Source of the DNA: Acidobacteriota bacterium
GTDB taxonomy: Bacteria; Acidobacteriota; Polarisedimenticolia; J045
Reading direction: 5' to 3'
NCBI GenBank assembly: GCA_003695625.1
Contig: RFIB01000337.1
Location: 1-49,845, forward strand
DNA length: 49,845 nucleotides
Of this stretch, positions 21,264 through 33,382 are shown piece by piece. The translations under genes and the position numbers were made by a program. How positions within the stretch are numbered: the stretch's first letter is position 1; each line of letters starts with the position of its first letter. A model generated the notes under the pieces. The model was given only the letters and a program-made list of their open reading frames with translations, searched no databases and was not told the origin of the DNA.

Positions 21264-22006
21264 GGGATCCCCTTGTCGGCACCGGCCGCCGCCCCGTCGG
21301 CGTCCGGTGTTCGGACCGGCCGCAGCCGGCCCTCCTCGACCACGAGGATACGACGACAGCGACGTGCGAGCCGCTCCGAGTGGCTGGCGACCACCAGGGC
21401 GAAGCCGGTCTCCTGCTGGAGCCCGAACAGCACGTCGAGCACGCGGTCTCCCGTGCGTGGATCGAGGTTTCCGGTCGGCTCGTCGGCGAGCACCAGCCGC
21501 GGCGTCCGCGCCAGGGCGCGGGCGATCGCGACCCGCTGCTGCTCGCCACCGGACAGTTCGTCCGGATAGTGGTCGATCCGTCGCCCGAGGCCGACCTGGT
21601 CGAGCCACCGGCGCGCCTCGGCGAGCGCCACGTCGCGCGGATCGCCGGCGACGATCCGCGCCAGCGCGACGTTCTCCTCCGCGGTGAGTTCACCGAGCAG
21701 ACCATGGAACTGAAAGATGAACCCGACGTGGCGCCGGCGCCACTCGGCGCGGCGGTCCGGGTCGTCCGGGATCGGCCGTCCGTCGACCAGGATCTCGCCG
21801 GCGTCCGGCCGGTCGAGGCCACCGACCAGATTGAGCAGCGTCGTCTTGCCGATCCCCGACTCGCCCTGGATCGCGACGCTCTCGCCGGAGGCGACCTCGA
21901 GGTCGAGCCCGGAGAGCACCGGGATCGTCTCCTCGAGCCGGCCGCCGCGCCGGCGGTAGGCCCGGGCCAGACCGCGGCAGACCAGCAGCGGCGTTCCCCT
22001 ACTCAC
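21260..22006 (-). CDS. lolD: Lipoprotein-releasing ABC transporter ATPase (LolD-like)
   Basis: GESGIGKTT, GFIFQFH.LL.EL, LSGGEQQRVAIARAL, ADEPTGNLD; directly after the permease. Confidence 0.88.
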
Positions 22007-23249
22007 TGCGCAGCGCCTCCACGGGGTCGAGGCCCGCGGCGCGCCAGGCCGGGTAGACCGTGGCGACGAGCGAGATCAGCACCGACGCCGCCGTGACGGC
22101 CAGCAGGTCGGCCGGCAGCACCCGGAACGGCAGATGGTCGAGGTAGTAGATGCCCGGGTCGAGCGGAATCAGCTCGAAGCGGTCGAGCAGCCAGCACAGA
22201 CCGACGCCCGAGCCGGCACCGAGGACCGTGCCGAGCAGCCCCATCATCAGTCCCTCGAGCACGAAGATCATCAGCACGCCGCGCCGGCTCGCCCCGAGCG
22301 CCATCAGCACGCCGATCTCCCGCACCTTCTGCGAGACGGTCAGCACGAGCGTGCTGACCACGCCCAGCGCGGCGACGACCACGATCAGCCCGACCGCCAG
22401 CGACATCAGCAGCTTCTCGAGCCGCAGCGCGGAGAAGTAGGCGCGGTTGTACTCGAGGATGCTGCTGACGTCCCAGTCCTCGCCGAGCGCCTGCTGGACC
22501 GCCTGCTCGATCTCCTCGACGCGGTCGAGATCCGCGACGCGCGCCGCGAGCCGGTGCGCCGCCCCCTCGGCGTCGAACAGGCGCTGGCCGACCTCGAGCG
22601 AGACGAACGCCCACGACTCGTCGTATTCGCGGAAGCCGGTCGAGAACGTCCCGACGACCTCGAGCACCGGCTGGCGCACGGTCGGGCCCCACGGCGCGAG
22701 GCGCGGCCGCGGGACGAGCAGGCGGACCGCGTCGCCCGGGAACACGCCGAGCCGGTCGGCGAGCACCTCGCCGAGGATCACGCCGGGCCGCCCTCCGGGG
22801 CCCGGCACGGCGAGCGCGTCGAGCCGGCCCCAGACCATCTGCTCGTCGACGTCGGTCACCTCCGCCGCCCGCTGCGGGTCGATCCCGGTCACCACCGACC
22901 ACTGGGCGACGCCCGACGGGCCGACGATCCCGGCGAATCCCTGGACGACCGGCTCCGCGGCGACGACTCCCGGGACCGCCTCGACCGCGGCGACGGCCTG
23001 CTCGGGCGTCTCGATCAGCGCCCCGCCGTCGGCCGGGAAGATCACCAGGTGCGCATTGGCGCCGATGATGCGGCTGACGAAGTCCTCCTGGAACCCGGTC
23101 ATCAGCGCCAGCACGACGACCAGCGAGGCGACGCCGACGGTGAACCCGAGCGCCGAGACGAGACCGATCAGCGAGATGAACCCCTGGTGCCGCGCGCGCA
23201 CGAAGCGGCGCGCAAGGAAGCGGGCGAACCGCACCTCGCCGCGCGTCAT
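21999..23249 (-). CDS. lolE: Lipoprotein-releasing ABC transporter permease (LolC/E/F family)
   Basis: FISLI..VS.LG..VGVASLVVVLALMTGF, EIGVLMALGA, IFVLEG, YYLDHLP, YPAWRAA.LDPVEALRSE. Confidence 0.9.
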   Translation of the reverse strand: MTRGEVRFARFLARRFVRARHQGFISLIGLVSALGFTVGVASLVVVLALMTGFQEDFVSRIIGANAHLVIFPADGGALIETPEQAVAAVEAVPGVVAAEPVVQGFAGIVGPSGVAQWSVVTGIDPQRAAEVTDVDEQMVWGRLDALAVPGPGGRPGVILGEVLADRLGVFPGDAVRLLVPRPRLAPWGPTVRQPVLEVVGTFSTGFREYDESWAFVSLEVGQRLFDAEGAAHRLAARVADLDRVEEIEQAVQQALGEDWDVSSILEYNRAYFSALRLEKLLMSLAVGLIVVVAALGVVSTLVLTVSQKVREIGVLMALGASRRGVLMIFVLEGLMMGLLGTVLGAGSGVGLCWLLDRFELIPLDPGIYYLDHLPFRVLPADLLAVTAASVLISLVATVYPAWRAAGLDPVEALRSE

Positions 23250-23277
23250 CGCGGCGCGCGAACGGGTCGCGGGCGGC

Positions 23278-24120
23278 TCACTGGACCCTCCGGGCGACCC
23301 ACTGGCCGTGGGGCGTGCCGCCCTGGGCCATCTCGTAGGCGGTCCATGTCCCGCGCAGCTGCCGGCCGTCCGACGACAGCACGCCCTCGATCTCCGCGTC
23401 GCGGCCGCGACGCGCGTCGATCCGCTGCAGGAACAGCTTGCCGCTGACGAACGTGCCCTGGAGGCTGCCCGTTCCGTGGGTCCCGAGGTCGTACTGGCCG
23501 CTGACCAGCGTCCCCGACTGGTCGAGGTAGAACGTGCCGACGATCCCCGCGGGCATCCAGGTCACCTCCCATACGCCGGTGAGCTGCTCCTGCTGCTGCG
23601 GCAGGCGCGAACGGAGATCCGCGATCCGGATCGACAGCGCGTCGCGTTCGACGACGAGCCCGCGCAGCTGCGCGAGGTGCCGCTGCACGGCGCGATCCTC
23701 GACCTCGTAGCGTTCGCGGGCGCGCTCGAGCTCGTCGACCAGCCGCTCGAGCTGCTCGGCGCCGAGCGAGCGCGGCCGCACGGCCGCCTGGTCGAGGTCG
23801 CGCGTCGCCTGCGCCAGGGCGTCGAGCGCCTCGCGCCGGCGCTGGGCGGCGCCGCGGTACGCGCGCGCGGTCTCCCCGGCGAGCTGCTCGATCAGCCGTG
23901 CGCGCTCGACGAGTCCCGCAAGCGCCACCGACAGCCGCTGCGCCTCGAGCGGATTGGCAAGGCCCGGCGCCGGGTCGGCCTCGTCGGACTCCTGCGCCGC
24001 GACCGGCACCGCCAGCGCGGCAGCGATGACGAGCACCACCGCCGCCCGCCACGCCCTGCGGCAGGAAGCGCGGCACGCGGAGGCATCGGGCGACGCGAGG
24101 CTGGGGCCGAGGTCGGGCAT
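23278..24120 (-). CDS. Hypothetical exported protein: signal peptide, coiled coil, C-terminal beta-barrel-like domain
   Basis: Hydrophobic AVVLVIAAALAVPVAA-QES; heptad-rich helical region; beta-rich C-terminus LTGVWEVTW...LRGTW...GQWVARR. Start uncertain (24120 vs 24228). Confidence 0.65.
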   Translation of the reverse strand: MPDLGPSLASPDASACRASCRRAWRAAVVLVIAAALAVPVAAQESDEADPAPGLANPLEAQRLSVALAGLVERARLIEQLAGETARAYRGAAQRRREALDALAQATRDLDQAAVRPRSLGAEQLERLVDELERARERYEVEDRAVQRHLAQLRGLVVERDALSIRIADLRSRLPQQQEQLTGVWEVTWMPAGIVGTFYLDQSGTLVSGQYDLGTHGTGSLQGTFVSGKLFLQRIDARRGRDAEIEGVLSSDGRQLRGTWTAYEMAQGGTPHGQWVARRVQ

Positions 24121-24231
24121 CCGGGCGTTCTCCCCGCCGGGCCCCGGCGGCAAGGCGCCCCGGCGGACCCGTGAAGCCGGATCGTAACGCCCCGCGGATT
24201 CGCCCGGCAAGGCGCGTCCTCGCGGCACCGG

Positions 24232-25026
24232 TCAGACGACCCGGATGTCCGGGTCCTCGACCTCGAGCTCGTCGTCCGCGGTCCCGCCCGCCGCGCGCGC
24301 GGCGAGCGCCCGCTCGACGAGCGGGCTGACCAGGTAGGCCAGCGCGAGCGCCGGGACGACCCACTCGTGGGCGGCGAGCAGCCCGGCGAGCAGCGCGGCC
24401 CAGACCGCCAGCGCCCGGTAGAGCCGGCGTCCGAACGCGAGGTCCTTGTAGCTGCGGTAGCGGATCGGGCTGATCATCAGCAGCGCGATGACGACCATCA
24501 CGATCGCCAGGAACGGCAGCGCCTCGTCGGGCATCGGACGCGGTCCGGCAAGCAGCGCGGGGCTGATCACCGCCGCGGCGGCGGCCGGGATCGGCAGTCC
24601 GATGAACCAGCGGCTGTCGCGCGGCGGCAGCGCGTTGAACCGAGCGAGGCGGATCACCCCGCACGCCGCGTAGAGAAAGCAGGCCGCCCAGCCGACCCGG
24701 CCGAGCCGCTCGAGGCCCATGAAGAACGCCAGCATCGACGGGGCGACGGCGAACGAGACGGCATCGGCGAGCGAATCGAGCTGTTCGCCGAAGCGGCTCG
24801 TGGTCCCGGTCAGCCGCGCGATCCGTCCGTCGAGGCCGTCGAGCGCGGCGGCGGCCAGCACGAGCAGCGCCGCGAGCGGGAAGCGCTGTTCCGTGGCGGC
24901 GAGGATCGCCGCATAGCCGGCGAGCATGTTGCCGATCGTCAGCGCGCCGGGAACGATCCCCGCGGCGCCGCGCAGGCGCGCGCCGAGCCGCCGCGGCCGC
25001 TCGGACGGAAGCGGACGGACGATCAT
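24232..25026 (-). CDS. pssA: CDP-diacylglycerol--serine O-phosphatidyltransferase
   Basis: CDP-alcohol phosphotransferase motif DGLDGRIAR....S.FGEQLDSLAD.VSF.VAP, RLARFN, FIGLPIPAAA; coupled to psd. Confidence 0.92.
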   Translation of the reverse strand: MIVRPLPSERPRRLGARLRGAAGIVPGALTIGNMLAGYAAILAATEQRFPLAALLVLAAAALDGLDGRIARLTGTTSRFGEQLDSLADAVSFAVAPSMLAFFMGLERLGRVGWAACFLYAACGVIRLARFNALPPRDSRWFIGLPIPAAAAAVISPALLAGPRPMPDEALPFLAIVMVVIALLMISPIRYRSYKDLAFGRRLYRALAVWAALLAGLLAAHEWVVPALALAYLVSPLVERALAARAAGGTADDELEVEDPDIRVV

Positions 25027-25742
25027 CGCGGTGAACCCTCCGCGGCAGGCCAGCGCGCGACGACGGTCTCGCCGCCGCGGACCCGCGCCCCCGGCGCGAC
25101 CGCCGGCGTCACGTGTTCCGGGAGCCACAGCTCGGTGCACGAGCCGAAGCGGATCAGGCCGAAGCGATCGCCGCGGGCCAGCGTGTCGCCCGGGCCGACC
25201 CGGCACACGATCCGCCGCGCGATCAGCCCGGCGATCTGCACCACCTCGAACGGCCCTCGCGGTCCGTCGAAGCGGACATGGTTGCGTTCGTTGACCTGCG
25301 CGGCATCGGCGCGGAACGCCGCCCGGAAGCGGCCCCGGTGATAGGCGACGTCGTCGACGCGGCCCGACTCGGGCGCCCGGTTGACGTGCACGTCGAGCAC
25401 CGACAGGAAGATCGCGATCCGCCACCGCCCGGCGCGCTGCTCGACGGCCATCACCCGGCCGTCGGCGGGCGAGACGATCGCGTCCGGATCGTCGGGCGGC
25501 ACGCGCCGTGGATCGCGGAAGAAGAACGCGCAGAACGATGCGACGACCAGCGCCGCTCCGGCGACGAGCCACGGCCCCGGGCCGCCGAGCGCCGGGGCCG
25601 CGACGGCGGCGAGCCCGGCGAGTCCCAGCGGCACGAGGACGAACGGTCGCCCCTCGGGGGCGAGCGTGATCCGCGGCTCGGGCCGCGTCCGCGCGGACGG
25701 GGTCATCGGCGCGCCTCCCGGTGCCCGGTCATGGTACGTCAC
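25023..25742 (-). CDS. psd: Phosphatidylserine decarboxylase proenzyme (short type)
   Basis: FFRDP.R, VSPADGRV, IFLSVLDVHVNRAP, NER, QIAGLIARRI, GLIRFGS (pyruvoyl site); start at GTG 25742 or ATG 25706. Confidence 0.93.
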   Translation of the reverse strand: MTYHDRAPGGAPMTPSARTRPEPRITLAPEGRPFVLVPLGLAGLAAVAAPALGGPGPWLVAGAALVVASFCAFFFRDPRRVPPDDPDAIVSPADGRVMAVEQRAGRWRIAIFLSVLDVHVNRAPESGRVDDVAYHRGRFRAAFRADAAQVNERNHVRFDGPRGPFEVVQIAGLIARRIVCRVGPGDTLARGDRFGLIRFGSCTELWLPEHVTPAVAPGARVRGGETVVARWPAAEGSPR

Positions 25743-26884
25743 GGCGCCGCCGGCCGTCGCGCCAGCAGGCACGACATGAGCAGGGCGTCCTCGCCGTCGC
25801 GATAGTAGCGCGGCCGCAGGCCGACCCGCGTGAACCCCTCCCGCTCGTAGAGCGCAATCGCCGGCAGGTTGGACACGCGCACCTCGAGATCGACCCGCTC
25901 GACCTGCCGCGCACGGGCGCGGTCGAGCAGTTCCCGGACCAGGGCCCGGCCGATCCCCTGCCGCCGGCGGTCCGGGTGCGTCGCGACGACGAGGATGTTC
26001 ATCTCGCCCCCCGCCTCGCGGGCGAGGGCGAACGCGACCAGCCGGCCGGTGTCATGCTCGCGCACGCCGAGCGCGATCCGTCCGGCGTCGGGCGCCAGCT
26101 CGGCGCCGAGCATCGCCGGCGACCACGGGTCGTCGAAGCTCGCGCGCTCGACGGAGACGACGTCGTCGAGATCCTCGGGGGCGAGTTCGACCACGTGCAG
26201 CCCGTCGGCGAGCCGCGCGCCGCGCGGCGGAAGCACGGCGTCCGACGGCGCCCAGTAGGCCGGCGCGAGGGTCCGCCCCGCTCCGGCAACCAGCGGGACC
26301 GCCCCGGTGGCGACGAGATCGGCGAGCGCCTCGTGCGACGGGCGGTCGACGACGACCGTGCGCTCCGGCGATGTCGCCACGTCGTCGAGCACGGCGGGCC
26401 GGATTGTCACGCCGGCGAGGTCGCGCAGTGCCGCAGGATCGCGCGCGACACAGCGCGCCGAGACGACCGCGCCCTCCGCGTCGAGCGTGGCGAGCAGCAC
26501 CCGGCGCCGTCCCCACGGAATCAGGACGTGGACCGGCGGCTCGACGCCGGCGGCCGCGACGAGCAGCCGCGCGGTGTCGACTCCCGCCGCCGACAGCCCG
26601 GGACGGGCGACCGACAGCGCCCGCGCGATCGACAGCGCGACGCGCGTGCCGGTGAACGAGCCGGGGCCGAGTCCGGCGACGACGCCGGACAGCGCGCCGA
26701 CGGACACGCCGGCGTCGTCGAGCACGCGGCGCATCGCGACGAACAGGTCGGGCTGGCGGCCAGGCGCCCGGCCGGCACCGCGCGCCGCGACGACCGCACC
26801 GTCGCGCACCAGTGCGGCGCCGCCCGGAGCAAGCGCCCCCTCGAGCACGAGCACGGCGCCCGACGCCTGTCCGCGAGTCGCCAT
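25739..26884 (-). CDS. rimI: Fused TsaB (t6A biosynthesis) and RimI (S18 N-acetyltransferase)
   Basis: N-part GLGPGSFTGTRVALSIARAL (TsaB); C-part ERASFDDPWS, HPDRRRQGIG, LEVRVSNLPAIALYEREGF..VGLRPRYY..GEDALLM (RimI); one uninterrupted frame. Confidence 0.88.
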   Translation of the reverse strand: MATRGQASGAVLVLEGALAPGGAALVRDGAVVAARGAGRAPGRQPDLFVAMRRVLDDAGVSVGALSGVVAGLGPGSFTGTRVALSIARALSVARPGLSAAGVDTARLLVAAAGVEPPVHVLIPWGRRRVLLATLDAEGAVVSARCVARDPAALRDLAGVTIRPAVLDDVATSPERTVVVDRPSHEALADLVATGAVPLVAGAGRTLAPAYWAPSDAVLPPRGARLADGLHVVELAPEDLDDVVSVERASFDDPWSPAMLGAELAPDAGRIALGVREHDTGRLVAFALAREAGGEMNILVVATHPDRRRQGIGRALVRELLDRARARQVERVDLEVRVSNLPAIALYEREGFTRVGLRPRYYRDGEDALLMSCLLARRPAAP

Positions 26885-27088
26885 CAGCGTTTGCTCCCTG
26901 CCTCGCCGGAACGGATTTGCCCGCCCCATGGGCCGAGACTATCTTGGCCTTGCGGCGCCGTGCGGGCGAGTCAGTCGGCACCGGCGGCGACGCGACCATC
27001 ATGAGAGAGGTTCGTGCCGTGTTGTCCCGCCCCACCCGGACCCGTCGCTGTCGGTCGGGGAGCGTGACGCCACGGGCCTCGTCGGCGA

Positions 27089-27102
27089 AGTTATCGGTAA
27101 CA
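27089..27102. promoter_or_regulatory. Candidate palindromic operator in the divergent tsaB-rimI / prkA region
   Basis: AGTTATCGGTAACA (reverse TGTTACCGATAACT): an AT-rich GTTA-N4-TAAC dyad in GC-rich DNA. Confidence 0.4.
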
Positions 27103-27262
27103 CATCCGCTCGTCGCCACGGCGCGCAGCGCACGCATCCCGCGCGCGCGGCGCCCCCTCGGTCGATCGGTGCGGCGAGCCCTTCCGCCAGCGGGTGTCGC
27201 GTCCCGCGGGGCAGGCCGCGGCGGCCGCGCCCCCCGCGTGCGGCGGAAGGCTGGAGGACAGC

Positions 27263-29320
<2,058 letters not shown>

Positions 29321-29325
29321 CCGAC

Positions 29326-29351
29326 CGCCCGGGAGCCGCGGCTCCCGGGCG
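29326..29351. repeat. Perfect 26-bp palindrome between prkA and yeaH
   Basis: CGCCCGGGAGCCG|CGGCTCCCGGGCG. Confidence 0.85.
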
Positions 29352-29366
29352 TCCCGGGGCCGTAAC

Positions 29367-30476
29367 GTGGGCCTGAAGATCGACTCCGACGTCGGGCGCT
29401 TCCGCAAGATCGTCCGCGGCAAGGTCCGCGACGAACTCAAGCGCTTCATGTCCCGCGGCGAGATGATCGGCCGCAAGGGGCGCGATCTGGTCTCGATCCC
29501 CCTGCCCCGCATCGACCTGCCCCGCTTCGTCCACGATCCAGGCGGCCAGCAGCACGTCGGCCAGGGCGACGGCAAGGAAGGCGACGTGCTGGCGCCGGCC
29601 GGCGGTCAGGACGGCGGCACCGGCCAGGCCGGCAACATGCCCGGCGAGCACATCCTCGAGGTCGAGCTGACCCTCGACGAGCTGGCCGAGATCATGGGCG
29701 AGGAGCTCGGCCTGCCGCGCATCGAGCCGCGCGGGCGCAAGAACATCGAGGAGGCCTCGAACCGCTACACCGGGATCTCGACCACGGGCCCCGAGTCGCT
29801 GCGCCACTTCAAGCGGACCTACCGGCAGGCGCTGCGGCGCCAGATCGCGACCGGAACGTACGACCCGGATCGCCCGGTGGTGGTCCCGATCCGCGAGGAC
29901 CGGCGCTATCGCACGTTCCGGCGCGTCCCCCAGCCGCGGGCCAACGCGGTGATCCTGTACGTGATGGACGTGTCGGGCTCGATGGGCGACGAGCAGAAGG
30001 AGATCGTGCGGATCGCCTCGTTCTGGATCGACACCTGGCTGCAGAGCCAGTACCGCGGCCTCGAGACCGTGTTCGTGATCCACGACGCCGAGGCGCGCGA
30101 GGTCGACCGCGACACGTTCTTCCGCACGCGCGAGAGCGGCGGCACGGTGATCTCGTCGGCCTACCGCACGTGCCTGCAGGTGATCGCCGAGCGGTTCCCG
30201 CCCGAGGACTGGAACCTGTACCTGTTCCAGTTCTCGGACGGCGACAACTGGTCCCAGGGCGACACGGAGACCTGCATCGAGCTGCTGCGCGAGCGGCTGC
30301 TGCCGCAGCTCAATCTGTTCGCCTACGGCCAGGTCGAGAGCCCCTACGGCTCGGGGCAGTTCCTGCGCGACCTAGAGCAGCCGTTCGGCGAGGACGAGCG
30401 CGTGGTGCTGCACCCGATCGACGGCAAGGAAGGCATCCCGGACGCGATCCGGGCCTTCCTGTCCACCGGGAGATGA
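29367..30476 (+). CDS. yeaH: YeaH/YhbH (DUF444) VWA-type protein
   Basis: [27 protein letters not shown] (MIDAS DxSxS), [23 protein letters not shown]. Confidence 0.93.
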   Translation: MGLKIDSDVGRFRKIVRGKVRDELKRFMSRGEMIGRKGRDLVSIPLPRIDLPRFVHDPGGQQHVGQGDGKEGDVLAPAGGQDGGTGQAGNMPGEHILEVELTLDELAEIMGEELGLPRIEPRGRKNIEEASNRYTGISTTGPESLRHFKRTYRQALRRQIATGTYDPDRPVVVPIREDRRYRTFRRVPQPRANAVILYVMDVSGSMGDEQKEIVRIASFWIDTWLQSQYRGLETVFVIHDAEAREVDRDTFFRTRESGGTVISSAYRTCLQVIAERFPPEDWNLYLFQFSDGDNWSQGDTETCIELLRERLLPQLNLFAYGQVESPYGSGQFLRDLEQPFGEDERVVLHPIDGKEGIPDAIRAFLSTGR

Positions 30477-31975
30477 CCGTGTCGCTGCCGCGGGAGCTGG
30501 CCGAACTGCAGGTCCGGGTCGAGAAGGTCGCCCGGTCGTACGGGCTGACGTTCTTCCCGGTCGTGTTCGAGGTCGTCGACTACGCCCAGATGAACCAGCT
30601 CGCCGCCTACACCGGCTTCCCGGTCCGCTATCCGCACTGGCGGTTCGGGATGGAGATGGAGCAGATCAGCAAGTCGTACGAGTACGGGCTGTCGAAGATC
30701 TACGAGATGGTGATCAACAACGACCCGACGTACGCCTACCTGCTCGAAGGCAACTCGCTGCTCGACCAGAAGCTCGTCATGGCCCATGTCTACGGCCACG
30801 CCGACTTCTTCCGCAACAACGTCTATTTCAGCCACACCAATCGCAAGATGGTCGACGCGACCGCGAACCACGCCACGCGCGTGCGCCGGTACCAGGACCG
30901 CCACGGCGTCGAGACCGTCGAGCGGTTCATCGACGACTGTCTGGCGATCGAGGACCTGATCGATCACCAGGCGGCGTTCCGTGCCAACTACGGCCTGCAG
31001 GACGCCCGCGGCGACGCGGACGCCGACGACGAGTCCGGCGACGGCCGCCTGCCCGCCGAGGAGTACCTCGACCCGTTCGTCAATCCGCCGGAGGTGCTCG
31101 AGCGGGAACGCAGGCAGCGCGACGAGGCGCGCGAGGCGCGCCGGCGGTTCCCGCCGGACCCCCAGCGCGACGTGCTCGGGTTCCTGCTGCACCACGCGCC
31201 GCTCGACGCGTGGCAGCGCGACGTGCTCGGCATCATCCGCTCCGAGTCGTACTACTTCCTGCCGCAGCGGCAGACGAAGATCATGAACGAGGGCTGGGCC
31301 AGCTACTGGCACACCAAGATGCTCACCGGCCACCTGCTCGAGGACGGCGAGGTGATCGACTACGCCGATCACCACTCGGGCACCACGGCGACCCATCCCG
31401 GAAGGCTCAATCCCTACAAGCTGGGGATCGAGCTGTTCCGCGACATCGAATTCCGCTGGAACACCGGCCGCTTCGGTCGCGAGTGGGAAGAGTGCGACGA
31501 CATGGCCGAGCGCGCCCGCTGGAACCGCCCCACCGGGCTCGGCCGCGAGAAGATCTTCGAGGTGCGCCGGCTGCACTGCGACCTGACGTTTCTCGACGAG
31601 TTCCTGACCGCCGACTTCTGCGCGCAGCACAAGCTGTTCACGTTCGCCAGGGACCGGCGTCGGGACGCGTGGGTCATCGCCTCGCGTGAGTTCGAGCAGA
31701 TCAAGCAGGCGCTGCTGTTCCAGCTCACCAACGGCGGCACGCCGATCATCGACGTCGTCGACGCCAACTTCGGCAACCGCGGCGAGCTGCTGCTGCGCCA
31801 CACCCACGCCGGCGTCGACCTCAAGCTCGACTGGGCCCACGAGGTTCTCGCCGCGCTGGCGCGCATCTGGCGCCGCCCCGTCCACCTCGAGACGATCGTC
31901 GGCGGCAAGCCCAAGCGCCTCGGCCATGACGGCTCGCAGACCACCGAACAGGAGATCAAGGAGGTCGCCTCCTGA
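30473..31975 (+). CDS. spoVR: SpoVR/YcgB family protein
   Basis: [69 protein letters not shown] overlap with yeaH. Confidence 0.95.
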   Translation: MTVSLPRELAELQVRVEKVARSYGLTFFPVVFEVVDYAQMNQLAAYTGFPVRYPHWRFGMEMEQISKSYEYGLSKIYEMVINNDPTYAYLLEGNSLLDQKLVMAHVYGHADFFRNNVYFSHTNRKMVDATANHATRVRRYQDRHGVETVERFIDDCLAIEDLIDHQAAFRANYGLQDARGDADADDESGDGRLPAEEYLDPFVNPPEVLERERRQRDEAREARRRFPPDPQRDVLGFLLHHAPLDAWQRDVLGIIRSESYYFLPQRQTKIMNEGWASYWHTKMLTGHLLEDGEVIDYADHHSGTTATHPGRLNPYKLGIELFRDIEFRWNTGRFGREWEECDDMAERARWNRPTGLGREKIFEVRRLHCDLTFLDEFLTADFCAQHKLFTFARDRRRDAWVIASREFEQIKQALLFQLTNGGTPIIDVVDANFGNRGELLLRHTHAGVDLKLDWAHEVLAALARIWRRPVHLETIVGGKPKRLGHDGSQTTEQEIKEVAS

Positions 31976-32053
31976 CGCCGTGCGGCGGCGGCGGGGCGGG
32001 TTTCCTGTTCGCGGTCATCGCCGGGCACGCTGCGGCGCCCGAATTGGCCTGAC

Positions 32054-33382
32054 CTACGCGAGCCCCAGGCGGGTCAGGCGCTCGCGCAGCTCGTCGACGC
32101 CGAGACCGAGGCGCGCGGCGGCGCGGGGCAGGTCGCCGCCGACCTCGGCCAGGCAGCGCTCGAGCCAGTCGCGCTCGAAGCGCTCGAGCGTCGTCTCGAT
32201 ACCGCTGCGCTCCGCGGCGTGCTCGGTGCCGGCGATGTACGCGGGCAGATCCTCGGGGCGCACCAGCGGGCCCGCGGCGAGCAGCACGATCCGTTCGAGT
32301 GTCCGCTGGAGTTCACGGACGTTGCCGGGCCAGTCGTAGGCCAGCAGCACGCGGAGCGCCTCGGGGGTCAGCTCGAGCGTCTCCCGGCCGTACTCGCGGC
32401 ACAGGTCGCCGAGAAAGCGCGCGATCAGCTCGGGGAAGTCCTCGCGCCGCTCGCGCAGCGGCGGGATCTCGATCACGTGGGGAAACGCCGACAGGAACGC
32501 CCCCGAGAGCCGGCCCTGCTCGACGGCGGTCTCCGGCGGCTCGCTGAGCGAGATCACCAGCAGCGGCTCGGAGCGCACGACCCGGCGCCGGCCCGGCACG
32601 GGAAACGCGCCGTCGCGCAGGCCGGCGAGCAGCGAGGCCTGCACCGCCGGGGGCAGCGTCTCGGCGTTCTCGAGATAGAGCGTCCCCTCGTCGGCCATCG
32701 CGAGCCGCCCGGCGCTCGCCCCCGGATCGGACGGCGTGCCGTACAGCGCCCGGATCAGCCGCTCGCGCGGCAGCGAGGACACCTGGAGATCGACGAACGC
32801 ACGGCGCGACCGGTCGGCATGAAGCGTGATCCAGCGCGCGGCGAGACGGCGGCCGGTACCCCGCTCGCCGTGGATCAGCACCGGCCGGCCGTCGACCGCC
32901 TCGGCGAGCTGCCCGCGCAGCCGCTCGACGGCGGGGCTGCGTCCGATGAACTCCGCCTCGCGCAGCAGCTCGACGCGCAGCGCCCGGTTCTGACGCTCGA
33001 GGCGCGCATGGCGGATCGCGTTCGCGGTCACCAGCAGCACGCGCTCGAGCGACAGCGGCTTCTCGACGAAGTCGTAGGCCCCGAGCTTGGTTGCGCGGAC
33101 CGCCGTCTCGATCGTCCCGTGCCCCGAGATCATCACGATCGACGCGAACACGCCGCGCTCGCGCAGCAGACGCAGCGTCTCGATCCCGTCGATCCCCGGC
33201 AGCCACACGTCGAGGAACACCGCGTCGGGGGCGATCTCGACCGCCCGGTCCACGCCCTCCTCTCCGCTCGCCGCGGTCACGACCTCGTACCCCTCGTCGG
33301 CGAGGATCTGGGACAGCGTGTGACGGATCGACTCCTCGTCATCGACGACGAGAATCAGTCCCTTGCGCTCCGCAGGTTCCAT
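32054..33382 (-). CDS. NtrX/NtrC-like response regulator (REC, degenerate AAA+, Fis-type HTH)
   Basis: REC LVVDDE, FLDVWLPG.DG, MISGHGTIETAV.ATKLGAYDFVEKP; central domain retains IPPLRERRED and WPGNVREL; C-terminal AAARLG. Confidence 0.88.
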   Translation of the reverse strand: MEPAERKGLILVVDDEESIRHTLSQILADEGYEVVTAASGEEGVDRAVEIAPDAVFLDVWLPGIDGIETLRLLRERGVFASIVMISGHGTIETAVRATKLGAYDFVEKPLSLERVLLVTANAIRHARLERQNRALRVELLREAEFIGRSPAVERLRGQLAEAVDGRPVLIHGERGTGRRLAARWITLHADRSRRAFVDLQVSSLPRERLIRALYGTPSDPGASAGRLAMADEGTLYLENAETLPPAVQASLLAGLRDGAFPVPGRRRVVRSEPLLVISLSEPPETAVEQGRLSGAFLSAFPHVIEIPPLRERREDFPELIARFLGDLCREYGRETLELTPEALRVLLAYDWPGNVRELQRTLERIVLLAAGPLVRPEDLPAYIAGTEHAAERSGIETTLERFERDWLERCLAEVGGDLPRAAARLGLGVDELRERLTRLGLA

